NCBI GenBank assembly: GCA_965219955.1
Contig: OZ244799.1
Coordinates: 160,001 to 224,000 of the forward strand
Reading direction: 5' to 3'
DNA: 64,000 nucleotides
From: a bacterium
GTDB lineage: Bacteria > UBA8248
The position numbers and the translations under genes are program-made. Positions 1 to 9,433 of this stretch are shown in pieces. Below the pieces are notes generated by a model. It was given only the letters and a program-made list of their open reading frames with translations, searched no databases and was not told the origin of the DNA. The stretch's first letter is position 1; every line of letters begins with the position of its first letter.

Positions 1-776
1 TTCACCTTGATCCCGATCTGGGGGATCATGACCGCGTTGTGCGGCGCTTTTTTGAGGTCGAGATAGCCGCGCCTGCCCGCCTTGTAGGAGGGGCCGTTGC
101 CCGCGTTCCAGGCCACCATGTCGCCGATGGTGAGGGGGCCGCGGAGCATGGCCGGGAGTTCATCGCCGACGGACACGTCCGCGAAACGGCGCTTCTCGCC
201 GCCTCGTCTTTCCTCCGCCTGGTAGGCGTTTTCGATTTCTTGGAATTCCGCCTCATCATACTTCTTGACGGGCCGCTCGTAGAGGAGCGCGTTTCCCTCC
301 TGCAAGGTGCGGATCATCGTGCCGATGCCCCTGGCGACGACTTCATCCGCCTCGTTCCAGTAGGTGCACTCCGAGATGATGAAGATGAGCTGTCGGCCCG
401 CCTTGTTCGTCTTGACGAAAGAGTCTTTCTGGACCGACTCCGCGCGGAGCTTTGTGCCCCGGGAGACGGGTTTTTCCCACTCGAATTCCACGCCCCCGAT
501 GAGGGAGGAGAGGGGCGCCTCCATGGGCGCGCCGTGGAGGATCGGGTAGAGGACCGACACCAGAAACGCGGGCGGCGCCATGATGCCCTGGTGAGATGTG
601 CCCGAAGCGTATCCGGCGTCCAGCCAGAGCGGGTTATCGTCGTCGATGCCGTAGGCGAAATGGCGGATGGCGTCTGCGCTCGCCTCGTTGTTCCACGCCT
701 CGCGCTCGCGCACGGGCTTGCCGTTCAGTGCTTGTGTTTTCTCGATGAACTCATCGATGCGTGCTTGATTCGACAA
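1..776 (-). CDS. MaoC-like (hotdog-fold) dehydratase, 3' end runs off the window
   Basis: Not in the ORF track. Manual translation from TTG at 776 (AGGAG upstream) gives MSNQARIDEF...IRHFAYGIDDDNPLWLDAGYA...GIMAPPAFL...GGVEFEWEKPV, typical of the MaoC N-terminal dehydratase domain. Confidence 0.75.
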   Translation of the reverse strand, partial: MSNQARIDEFIEKTQALNGKPVREREAWNNEASADAIRHFAYGIDDDNPLWLDAGYASGTSHQGIMAPPAFLVSVLYPILHGAPMEAPLSSLIGGVEFEWEKPVSRGTKLRAESVQKDSFVKTNKAGRQLIFIISECTYWNEADEVVARGIGTMIRTLQEGNALLYERPVKKYDEAEFQEIENAYQAEERRGGEKRRFADVSVGDELPAMLRGPLTIGDMVAWNAGNGPSYKAGRRGYLDLKKAPHNAVMIPQIGIKV

Positions 777-893
777 TGTAGGATGCTCCTGTGTCTGTTG
801 TGCGAGGGTATATTGAATTGTGCGGTGAATTTTGCTTTCAGGATGAGTTATGTAGCAGGAATTCGAGAGGGCAACAAGGCGGCCCGGGCCACT

Positions 894-1979
894 TTATTCG
901 AGAAGGGATTTCATTTTCTCGAGAAACCTCCGGGTCCGCGGGTGGGTGGACGGCGAGGAGATTCTCTGGAACTCGGCCAGCATTTCACGCTGGCGCTCGC
1001 TGAGCTTGGTGGGCGTTTCGATGATGACGCGGATGCATAGATCGCCCGTGTTCCGCCCGCCCGCCGGCGAGAGACCTTCTCCTTGCAGGCGAAATTCCCG
1101 GCCCGACTGGGTTCCCGCGGGGATCTTGATCGTCCGCGTTCCCCTGAGCGTGGGTACTGTGGCTTCGTGGCCGAGGGCGGCCTGGGAGAAACTCACCGGC
1201 AGGTCGAAGAGGATGTCGTTGCCCTCCCTCCGGAAAAGGGGGTGCGGTTTCGCGCGCGCAGTGACGATGAGGTCTCCCGCCTCGCCGGTGCGCGCGTCCT
1301 CATCGCCCGTGCCCTTGATCCTGATTTGAGCGCCCTCTTTGGCCGCGGCGGGAATCGCCACCCTAACGTTCTCCTGCCTGCTCGTGACGCCCTCTCCCCC
1401 GCAGGCCCGGCAGGCCTCGCCCGTGTGTTTCCCGCTGCCGTCGCAAGCGGAGCAGGGAACCCACAACTCCGCGAGTCCCTGCCTGTAGCGAACCTCGCCC
1501 GCGCCCTTGCACGCGGGGCAGGCGCCCACCCGCGCGCCCGCCTCAAAGCCGCTTCCTTCGCAAGAGGCGCAGCGGACGCGGCGCGAAACGGAGACCTCCT
1601 TTTCGGAGTCGCGCGTCAATTCCTCGAGCGTCACTTCTATCTGGGCGTGCAAGTCCCGAGACTTGGGTTTTTTCTCATCCGCAGGCTCACGCGCGCTCCG
1701 GAAGATATGGGAGAAGATGTCCTCCCATTTTTCCTCGTACTCGCCTCTTTGGCGCGCCGATTTCCGCCCCCGAGGAGTAGCGCGGTCAGCGGAGCGTTTC
1801 GGGTTTTTGAGGGTTTCGTGGGCGATGACGATCTGCTTGAAGCGCCTTTCGGCCTCGGGGTCGCCGGGGTTTCTGTCCGGGTGGAATTCGAGCGCCAGTT
1901 TCTTGTAGGCGCTTTTGAGTTGGGATGCCGAGGGGTTTTTCTCCAGGCCCAGAATCTTGAGGGCGTCGGTGATGTTCAA
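894..1979 (-). CDS. dnaJ: DnaJ chaperone
   Basis: J-domain with HPD, four CxxCxGxG zinc motifs, C-terminal substrate-binding domain; directly downstream of hrcA. Confidence 0.9.
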   Translation of the reverse strand: MNITDALKILGLEKNPSASQLKSAYKKLALEFHPDRNPGDPEAERRFKQIVIAHETLKNPKRSADRATPRGRKSARQRGEYEEKWEDIFSHIFRSAREPADEKKPKSRDLHAQIEVTLEELTRDSEKEVSVSRRVRCASCEGSGFEAGARVGACPACKGAGEVRYRQGLAELWVPCSACDGSGKHTGEACRACGGEGVTSRQENVRVAIPAAAKEGAQIRIKGTGDEDARTGEAGDLIVTARAKPHPLFRREGNDILFDLPVSFSQAALGHEATVPTLRGTRTIKIPAGTQSGREFRLQGEGLSPAGGRNTGDLCIRVIIETPTKLSERQREMLAEFQRISSPSTHPRTRRFLEKMKSLLE

Positions 1980-2028
1980 GGAATCATGACCTCCGCCGGG
2001 GAACCTGGGGTTGAAAGCGCTTTTTTGT

Positions 2029-3081
2029 CTATCGTTTTCCGGAGGAGAGGAATTTCGACACCGAATCCGCCGTCCATTCCACGAGCGAGACGGCGCGGTC
2101 GTAGCGCATGCGCTTGGGGCCGATGATGCCGATGCTGCCCAGCGGGCGATCGTCCATGTAGTAGCGCTGGGCTACGACGCTGCAATCCTTCATTTCCTCG
2201 AAGTCGTTCTCCGAGCCGATGAGAATGGTGATGTCCGAGGAGCCCAGGCACTTGTCCAGCAGGCGCACGAGTTTTTCCCTTTCCTCGAACGTGCGGTAGA
2301 GGGACTGGAGCTTTTCCGCGTTGGTGGCGAAATCAGGCTGTGAGAACACGCGCGAGGCCCCTTCCACGAAAAGAGGTTCCTGCGCGGCTTCGGATTCCGA
2401 GAGCGCCTCCTTGCTGAGCTTGAGGGCCTGCCGGTAGAGGGTGTCGAGGCTGTCCCGCGCATGGGCCATTTTCTGGATAATCTTCTCGCGCACGTCCCTC
2501 AGGGCGAGGCCGCTGAACTCCTCGTTCAGGAGGTTCGAAATCCTGTTCAACTCTTCCTGGTCGATGGGGGTTTCGGTCGGGATGACGCGGTTTTGCACCA
2601 CCCCGCTCATGGAGACGATGACGGCCAGGGTCTTTTCTTCCGACATCTTCACGAAGTTGATGTGCTTGAAGTGGAGCTGTTCCCCTGCGGGCAGGAGCAC
2701 GAGCCCAGCCGTGTTGGTGAGTTCCGAAAGTATGCGGGTGGCCTGCGCGAGCACCTGTTCGATCTGAGCGGCCTGCGCGGAGGCGCCGAGGCGCATGGAC
2801 TCCTCCTCCTCGCTCGTGAGGGTGTGCGAATCCATCAGGTCGTCGACGAAGATGCGATACCCCAGGTCGGTGGGGAGCCTGCCGGAGGAGATGTGGGGCT
2901 TGGTGAGGAAGCCCGCGTCGGCCAGGTCGCTCATGATGTTGCGGATGGTGGCGGGGCTCAGGGCGATGTCGGTGTACTTCGAGAGCGTGCGGCTCCCCAC
3001 GGGTTCGCCCGTATCCACGAAAATGTTGATGATGGCGCGCAGGATTTCCCGGTTTCTCTGGGCAAGTTCCAGGGCATCCAT
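2029..3081 (-). CDS. hrcA: Heat-inducible transcription repressor HrcA
   Basis: C-terminal third of the 1138-aa track ORF; real start MDALELAQRNREILRAII...GEPVGSRTL...SPATIRNIMSDL...PHISSGRLPTDLGYR, ending IIGPKRMRY. Confidence 0.95.
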   Translation of the reverse strand: MDALELAQRNREILRAIINIFVDTGEPVGSRTLSKYTDIALSPATIRNIMSDLADAGFLTKPHISSGRLPTDLGYRIFVDDLMDSHTLTSEEEESMRLGASAQAAQIEQVLAQATRILSELTNTAGLVLLPAGEQLHFKHINFVKMSEEKTLAVIVSMSGVVQNRVIPTETPIDQEELNRISNLLNEEFSGLALRDVREKIIQKMAHARDSLDTLYRQALKLSKEALSESEAAQEPLFVEGASRVFSQPDFATNAEKLQSLYRTFEEREKLVRLLDKCLGSSDITILIGSENDFEEMKDCSVVAQRYYMDDRPLGSIGIIGPKRMRYDRAVSLVEWTADSVSKFLSSGKR

Positions 3082-3125
3082 ATCGCGAGTCTCCCGGTGA
3101 GGCGTCTTTCGCGCTGAATTTTGGT

Positions 3126-3152
3126 GTGGCACTCCGGCGCATGGAGTGCTAA
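3126..3152. promoter_or_regulatory. CIRCE operator (HrcA site) upstream of hrcA
   Basis: GTGGCACTC-N9-GAGTGCTAA versus consensus TTAGCACTC-N9-GAGTGCTAA. Confidence 0.9.
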
Positions 3153-3159
3153 TTTGTTC

Positions 3160-3188
3160 AAGATATGGGGGGATTTTCCCCGTGTCAA
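3160..3188 (-). promoter_or_regulatory. sigma70-type promoter of hrcA
   Basis: Minus strand TTGACA-17 nt-TATCTT immediately upstream of the CIRCE. Confidence 0.7.
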
Positions 3189-3294
3189 GCGGGCGGCGCC
3201 GGGACGGGGTAGCGGTTTTCAGAGCCGGAAACGCAAAACTCCGGCGCCCGGCGCCAGGGCTGAGCGAAAGCCGCCGATATTCTAAGGGAAGCCG

Positions 3295-5523
3295 ATGCCG
3301 AACGCATGGACGAGGGCCATTCGGGTGAATTTGAGACGATGGTTCGGGCGGCGGACGCCGCCGCGCCCGGGGTCGGTCCATGAAGCCGGGGATTCGGCGC
3401 GCTCGCGCATCGCCCGTTCGCGCCGGGCGAACCGGAAGTTCCAGTACTGCACGATAAGCGCGACGTTCGTTCTGATCGTGTTGTTGAGTTTTCTCTCCTA
3501 CCGCCTCTACGCGGACACCAAGGCCGAGACCGAGGAGAGGTCCAACCGCCGCCAGCTTCTTCTCGTGGAGCAGGCCGGCGACCGGATCGCCTCGTTCCTG
3601 GAGGCGCTCACGGCGACTTTGCGCTACAGCGCGGGTTTCCTGCGCACCATCGAACCCGACCATCCCGGACGAATGGCGGTGATGATGGGTTTGTACGAAA
3701 GGCTTGGCGGAAGGTTTCGCGTGAGCGAACTGGGCTACCTGCAGGGAGCGGATGAGCAGATCGCCGCGATTCCCAGGGAATACCTCGAAAAACTGGCGAA
3801 CTGTTTTTGGCCGGAGGGCGCATGTATACTCGTGATTCGCGATAAAGCCCAGAGGGTCTCCTCCCTGTTGGCGGCGGTGCCCGTGGCGTCCAAAGGAGAC
3901 GGGACCGAAGGATCCGAGGTGCAGCGGAAGCGCGACTGGCTCTACGCGCAAATTTCCATGACGGATCTGGCGCGCGCCTTCGTCGAGCCCGTTCAATCGG
4001 GTGGCCGCGAGCGGGCGTGGCTCGTGGACGGCGAGGGCAGAATCATCCTCCCTCCTGGCATCCCCCGGCTGGAAGGGGTTCGATTGTCCATCCTCGCGCG
4101 CGAGTTGGGGGATGGAAGACTGGAAAAACTCGCCGGGCGCATGAAGAAAGAAGTGAATGGTTTCGATTGGCATCTCGACTTGAGACCGGGGAATAAAGAA
4201 AAACGCTTGCGGTACCTGACGGCTTTCAGCAACTTTCCCGTAGGGCATGAGAAGTGGACGTTCGCCCTCACGGCGCCCTCCACCGAATTCGTCGGATTGA
4301 TCGGAAGCCTGTTCCGGAAGGGTCTGCTCCTGACGGCTTTCGGTTTCATCGCCTTGATACTGGCCGCTCTCTTGATCCTCGATCGCGAGCGCAGGCGCAT
4401 ACGGGCCGAGGACAGAATCCACTGGTCCGAACAGGTGCTGGAGAGCAACAGGCGGCTTCAGGCGTTGTTCGACGGCATCACGGACGCCATCGGCATTCTG
4501 GACAAGGATTTCCGCATCCGGATGCTCAATCGCTCGATGGGAAGGCTCTTCGGGCGCGAGACGTCCGATTTGCTGGATCAGAAATGGGAGAGAACGCCGC
4601 TCAGCGCGGTGCCGGAGTCGTTCGTCGAACGCTCCATCGTGGTCGATACGTTCGCGACCGGCGAGCCGGGATTTATCGAAAAGTCGATTTTGTGGGAAGA
4701 TGAGCGACGGATGGATATGGAATACTATACCTATCCGATTCTCGACGCCTCGGGAGCGACGCTTCAGGTGATTTTGTATTTGAAGGACGTGACCGGGCGC
4801 AAGGCGCTCGAAAAAGAGGTTCTCTACCGCGACAGGCTCTCGATCGTCGGAAAGATGAGCGAGCAGGTGGCGCATTCCATACGCAATCCCCTCTCGGCCA
4901 TCAGCCTGAACTCGGAATTGCTCGGCGATGAGTTGTCGCAATTCAAGGAGTCGGACACCGCCGAGGCATGGACGCTGCTCAAATCCGTCAGGGCGGAAGT
5001 GGACATCCTCAGCCAGGTGACGGCCGATTATCTCAAGTTCGTGCGGATGCCCAGCCTGGAGAAGACGCCTATCGACTGCAACGAGATGCTCGAGGATTTG
5101 CTGGACCTGCACGCGGAAGTGGCGGCGAGCAGGAGGATCCGGATCGAAAAGGAGTTCGAAAGAGATATCCCCGAGGTCATCCTGGATGAAACGCAAATGC
5201 GCGTCGCCATTCAGAACCTCATCTTGAACGGCTTCGACGCGATGCCCGACGGCGGCCGCCTGCTCGTGAAAACCGAACTGGAGAATCAACACCTCGCCAT
5301 CCGGATATCGGACAGCGGCAAGGGCATCAGCCTCGAGGAGCAGGCCTCTTTGTTCACGCCGTTTTTCACGACGAAGGCGAACGGAACCGGCCTCGGCCTC
5401 GTGTTGAGCCGGCAAATCATCACCGAGCACAACGGTAGCATCCACTTCGAGAGCGAGGGGGGGACGGGCGCCACCTTCATCGTCGAACTCCCTCTCGCCG
5501 TTGCGCAGGAGGCGAGAGCATGA
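3295..5523 (+). CDS. Membrane sensor histidine kinase (periplasmic Cache-like domain, PAS, HisKA, HATPase)
   Basis: Two TM segments, H-box VAHSIRNPL, N-box NLILNGFDAM, DSGKGI, FFTTK, GTGLGL; start codon uncertain. Confidence 0.9.
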   Translation: MPNAWTRAIRVNLRRWFGRRTPPRPGSVHEAGDSARSRIARSRRANRKFQYCTISATFVLIVLLSFLSYRLYADTKAETEERSNRRQLLLVEQAGDRIASFLEALTATLRYSAGFLRTIEPDHPGRMAVMMGLYERLGGRFRVSELGYLQGADEQIAAIPREYLEKLANCFWPEGACILVIRDKAQRVSSLLAAVPVASKGDGTEGSEVQRKRDWLYAQISMTDLARAFVEPVQSGGRERAWLVDGEGRIILPPGIPRLEGVRLSILARELGDGRLEKLAGRMKKEVNGFDWHLDLRPGNKEKRLRYLTAFSNFPVGHEKWTFALTAPSTEFVGLIGSLFRKGLLLTAFGFIALILAALLILDRERRRIRAEDRIHWSEQVLESNRRLQALFDGITDAIGILDKDFRIRMLNRSMGRLFGRETSDLLDQKWERTPLSAVPESFVERSIVVDTFATGEPGFIEKSILWEDERRMDMEYYTYPILDASGATLQVILYLKDVTGRKALEKEVLYRDRLSIVGKMSEQVAHSIRNPLSAISLNSELLGDELSQFKESDTAEAWTLLKSVRAEVDILSQVTADYLKFVRMPSLEKTPIDCNEMLEDLLDLHAEVAASRRIRIEKEFERDIPEVILDETQMRVAIQNLILNGFDAMPDGGRLLVKTELENQHLAIRISDSGKGISLEEQASLFTPFFTTKANGTGLGLVLSRQIITEHNGSIHFESEGGTGATFIVELPLAVAQEARA

Positions 5524-6899
5524 GCGATCACACCGGGGCGCGCGTGATGGTGGTGGACGACAAGCGCGGCAGCCGCGAGGCCCTTCAGAAGATGATCGCC
5601 AAGGAGGGGTTCGACGTCGCCATGGCGCACGACGCGGAAACCGCCGCCGAGATGTTCGGCGCCGATCCCGTGAATCTGGTGATCACCGATCTCAGAATGC
5701 CCGGGATGGACGGCATCGGTCTGCTCAAGGAGGTGAAGCGGCTCAGCCCGGATACGGAAGTGATTCTCATCTCCGGCGCAGGGAACATCGAGTCGGCCGT
5801 CGAGGCGATGCGCGAGGGGGCGTATGACTTTCTCACCAAGCCTCTGGAGCGGGTGGTCGTCTTGAAGGCGATAGACAAGGCGCTCGAAAAACAGGCCCTC
5901 ATGCGCGAGAACGCGGATTTGAGGGCGCAGCTTCAGAGCCTCAGGGACACCTCCGGCATGATGGGGGACCACCCCTCGATTCGCCGGGTGAAGGACATGG
6001 TTCGCCAGGTCGCGCCGACCTCCGCCACGGTTCTGATCCTGGGCGAGAGCGGAACGGGCAAGGAACTGGTGGCGAACGCCCTCCACGAGGGGAGCGAGAG
6101 GGCGGGCAAGGCGATGGTGAAGGTGAACTGCGCGGCGCTTCCGGAAACGCTCCTCGAGAGCGAACTCTTCGGCTACGAGCGCGGGGCGTTCACGGGCGCC
6201 GTGGGCCGCAAGGAGGGCCGCTTCCGGATCGCGCACGAGGGCACGCTGTTTCTCGATGAAATCGGGGATATGCCCCTCGTTTTGCAGCCGAAGATTCTCC
6301 GCGTCCTTCAGGAGGGAGAATTCGAGCGCGTCGGCGGAACGGAGACCTTGAAGGTGGACGCGCGAATCGTGGCTTCGACCAACGCGGACTTACAATCCGC
6401 CGTGGCCGAGAAGAGGTTTCGCGAGGATCTCTACTATCGTCTGAACGTGATCACCATCCACATGCCCGCGCTCAGGGATCGGCGAAGCGACATTCCGCTG
6501 CTCGCCGAACATTTCCTCCAGCGCTTCGCCGCGAAGAACAACCGGCCCGTTCTCGCGTTCTCGCGCGAGGCGCTTGGTGCGATGTCGAACTACCATTGGC
6601 CGGGAAACGTGCGGGAACTCGAAAACATGGTGGAGCGCGCCGTGGTGCTGGGCCGCGGAGAGATTCTCTCGGTGGATGATTTGCCTGCGCAAATCGCCCG
6701 GGGCGAGTCCACGAACGGGGAGCAGTCCGTGGCGTCGGACTCGCCGCTCATCAACCTGGAAGTCGGCACCCCGCTCGCGGAAGTCGAGCGTCGGGTCATT
6801 CTGGAGACCCTCCGGCATACGGGCGGCGACAAGAGCGCCGCCGCACGCCTCCTGGGTATCGCCACGCGCACCATTTACCGGAAGCTGGACGGGAGTTGA
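5520..6899 (+). CDS. sigma54-dependent response regulator (NtrC/AtoC family)
   Basis: Receiver domain (DLRMPGMDG), Walker A GESGTGKE, GAFTGA, WPGNVREL, Fis-type HTH; ATGA overlap with the kinase. Confidence 0.95.
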   Translation: MSDHTGARVMVVDDKRGSREALQKMIAKEGFDVAMAHDAETAAEMFGADPVNLVITDLRMPGMDGIGLLKEVKRLSPDTEVILISGAGNIESAVEAMREGAYDFLTKPLERVVVLKAIDKALEKQALMRENADLRAQLQSLRDTSGMMGDHPSIRRVKDMVRQVAPTSATVLILGESGTGKELVANALHEGSERAGKAMVKVNCAALPETLLESELFGYERGAFTGAVGRKEGRFRIAHEGTLFLDEIGDMPLVLQPKILRVLQEGEFERVGGTETLKVDARIVASTNADLQSAVAEKRFREDLYYRLNVITIHMPALRDRRSDIPLLAEHFLQRFAAKNNRPVLAFSREALGAMSNYHWPGNVRELENMVERAVVLGRGEILSVDDLPAQIARGESTNGEQSVASDSPLINLEVGTPLAEVERRVILETLRHTGGDKSAAARLLGIATRTIYRKLDGS

Positions 6900-6969
6900 T
6901 CGCCCGCGCATTCGCGCGATGCGCCTGTCTCATCGGCAATGGACGGATTCGGGCGAACCCTCCCTCATC

Positions 6970-7249
6970 GGGGTTTTTGAAAAATCCCGTCTGTGACCCC
7001 CGCAAACCGCCAACGCCTCTTTCCTCACCCTGAGTAGCCGCCGAAGGCGGCGTATCGAAGGGCGAGGGGAGTCGAACGCTTCGCGCCGGGACGGAGCAAT
7101 CGCTTCCGGATTGGGCGCGATTGACCTTCGATACGGCGCTTCCGTGCCTACTCAGGATGAGGGGTGTCGGGGAACGGCGGAGCCTGTCCCGAGCGAAGTC
7201 GAGGGGCCGCTACTCTGGATGAGGCGGAGAGGGGTTTTTCAACAGCCCC
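6970..7249. repeat. MITE-like composite repeat, family A copy 1
   Basis: Bounded by GGGGTTTTTGAAAAA...TTTTTCAACAGCCCC; internal CCTGAGTAGCCGCCGAAGGCGGCGTATCGAAGG palindromic unit; colinear with 37501-37797. Confidence 0.75.
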
Positions 7250-7299
7250 ATATGTGACCCCTGCAAAACCGAACCCGCGCGCCTCAAATTGGGTTTCGC

Positions 7300-7635
7300 C
7301 CGTCATTCCGGCATTCGCCGGAATGACGATCAAAAACCATCGTTCTTCATTCGTGAACTCTCAGGGCGCATCGGGAGCCCGCCTCGAACGCGCCGAGGGG
7401 AAGCCTTTTTCGAGGGGGTCGGAACATGGCCCTTCGATACGCCGCCTTCGGCGGCTACTCAGGGTGAGGCCGGTATGGCGGTTGCTCAGGGTGAGGAAAA
7501 AAATTGTGGCGGCTGCCCGGGACGGGGGGAACGCGCCCGCCTTGGAGACCGTAGGGGCGGACTTGGGTGTCCGCCCCATCGTCGTTTCGCGGGTGTTCGC
7601 ATCCGCAAGGGAGAGCACACGGGTTCTCCCCTACG
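7300..7635. repeat. Cluster of REP-like palindromes
   Basis: GTCATTCCGG..CCGGAATGAC, CCCTTCGATACGCCGCCTTCGGCGGCTACTCAGGGTGAGG, and a GTAGGGGCGG.../...CCCCTAC pair. Confidence 0.65.
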
Positions 7636-7784
7636 CAACCACACCTTCCGTGCGGCGCGCCGTCCCTCCCCGTCTCGGGCGCAAAATATCCATACGCCGA
7701 ATCGCGGACGCGGGGGAGTTCGGCGACCCCTCCATGAGCGGGTTGTGGTAAGGTGTGGCGCGGGAATTTTCTGGGGGTTCGCCG

Positions 7785-8438
7785 ATGCGCGGTCGTTTCA
7801 TCACGTTCGAGGGTGTGGAGGGTTGCGGCAAGTCGACCCAGATGGGGTGCCTGCTGGAATGGATGGAGAAGGCGGGGCTCCCGGTTCTCGCCACGCGCGA
7901 GCCCGGCGGCACGAAAGTCGGGGAGGGTATTCGCGAGTTGCTCCTCACCCCGCGCGAGGAGGGTCTCGACGCCGGGGCGGAACTCCTGCTCTACGAGGCG
8001 GCGCGCGCGCAGCACGTGGGCGAGGTGATCCGGCCGGCCCTGGAGGCGGGCACCCACGTTCTCTGCGACCGGTTCTTCGACTCCACCACGGCCTACCAGG
8101 CGTTCGGGCGGGGGCTGGACGAGGAGATGGTGCTGGAACTCAACCGGTTGGCGAGCGGGGGGCTCGTTCCCGATCTCACGCTTTTGTTCTCCGTGGCGAT
8201 TGAGGAAGGCCTCGGCCGCGCGCGCGGCGATAGCGCGGGCGACCGGCTCGAAGGCGAGAGTCTGGCGTTTCACCGCAAGGTGCAGGCGGGCTTCGAGGCG
8301 CTGGCGCAGTGCGAGCCCGGGCGGTTCCGCGTCCTGGACGAGGGCGCGATTGAACAGGTGCACGAAGAGGTGGTGAGCATCGTAAAGGAAAGATTCGAAT
8401 GGGCTGGGAATCCATCCGCGGCCAGGACGCGGCCCTAG
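7785..8438 (+). CDS. tmk: Thymidylate kinase
   Basis: FITFEGVEGCGKSTQ, TREPGGT, LCDRF motifs. Confidence 0.95.
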   Translation: MRGRFITFEGVEGCGKSTQMGCLLEWMEKAGLPVLATREPGGTKVGEGIRELLLTPREEGLDAGAELLLYEAARAQHVGEVIRPALEAGTHVLCDRFFDSTTAYQAFGRGLDEEMVLELNRLASGGLVPDLTLLFSVAIEEGLGRARGDSAGDRLEGESLAFHRKVQAGFEALAQCEPGRFRVLDEGAIEQVHEEVVSIVKERFEWAGNPSAARTRP

Positions 8439-9424
8439 ACCTCCTGCGCAGGGACTTATCCTCCGGGCAGGCGGCGGGCGCTTACCTGTTTTACGGGCCC
8501 GACGGGGTCGGCAAGGCGAGCGCGGCGCGGCTGTTCGCCCGGGCCCTGCAATGCGCGGGAGATGCTCCTCCATGCGGGGGCTGTGCGGCGTGCGGGAAGG
8601 TTCTCGCGAACGCACACCCCGACCTCGTCTCCATCCGCCCGGCCGCGGGGTCTCGCTCCATCAAGGCGGAGGAGATCAGGGAGGAGGTGATCCGGCGCGC
8701 CCATCAGCGTCCCAACGAGGGGATGCGGCAGATTTTCATCATCGAAGACGCCCATCTGCTGACGCGGGTCAGCCAGAACGCCCTGCTCAAGACGCTGGAA
8801 GAGCCGAACGCGGCCACGATTCTGATTCTGGTGACGCCGAACCTCCACACCCTGCTGCCGACGATCATCTCGCGTTGCCGCAGGCTCAGGTTCCAGGCCC
8901 TGTCGCGAGCGGACCTGGCCGCCATTCTCGGGGAGCGACTGGGGGAGGAGGGCGCGGACGTGGACAAGCTCGTCTCCCTCAGCATGGGCAGGCTGGGCGT
9001 CGCCATGACTTCCGACGTCGAGGCCCTCTCGGGGCGCCGGGACGGGGCGATGAGGTTCCTGGAGGAATTGAGCGCGCCGCCCGGCCGGGCGGACGAGGTG
9101 ACCCTCATCACGCTCGCCTCCGAGCGGGCGGGAAGCGGGGCTTCGGGCAGAAACGAAACAATTCTCTTTTTGGAAATGCTTCGCGGGCTGCTTCGCGATA
9201 TACTCATCACCCGGGAAGCGCCCGAGGCGATAGATTTGTGGCACACGGACATTCGGGCGGCGTTGGCCGCCATGGGAGAGCGCTGGGGAAGCGCAGGCCT
9301 GACCCGTGCCCTCGATAGGGTGGGGGAGGCCATGCGCGACGTGGGCGGCGGGAATACCAACCCGTCCCTGACGCTCGAGACTTTGGTATATTCCCTGCGG
9401 GAGACGGTTCCCGCCGGGGTTTGA
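8399..9424 (+). CDS. holB: DNA polymerase III subunit delta'
   Basis: AYLFYGPDGVGK, CxxCxxC, HPD, NALLKTLEEP, LLPTIISRC; follows tmk. Confidence 0.93.
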   Translation: MGWESIRGQDAALDLLRRDLSSGQAAGAYLFYGPDGVGKASAARLFARALQCAGDAPPCGGCAACGKVLANAHPDLVSIRPAAGSRSIKAEEIREEVIRRAHQRPNEGMRQIFIIEDAHLLTRVSQNALLKTLEEPNAATILILVTPNLHTLLPTIISRCRRLRFQALSRADLAAILGERLGEEGADVDKLVSLSMGRLGVAMTSDVEALSGRRDGAMRFLEELSAPPGRADEVTLITLASERAGSGASGRNETILFLEMLRGLLRDILITREAPEAIDLWHTDIRAALAAMGERWGSAGLTRALDRVGEAMRDVGGGNTNPSLTLETLVYSLRETVPAGV

Positions 9425-9433
9425 GGTGAGCGA

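Noticed and set aside
39-1040. 333-aa plus-strand ORF
   Set aside because: Antisense to the MaoC-like gene and dnaJ; no recognisable motifs.
2029-5445. 1138-aa ORF suggesting a giant HrcA fusion
   Set aside because: The part upstream of 3081 is the antisense shadow of the histidine kinase; the promoter and CIRCE sit right before the ATG at 3081.
7148-7751. ORFs across intergenic repeat clusters (also 16056-16624, 32339-32667, 54690-55196)
   Set aside because: They are translations of palindromic repeats (WIPAFAGMT, PPLRGS), with no RBS or domain support.
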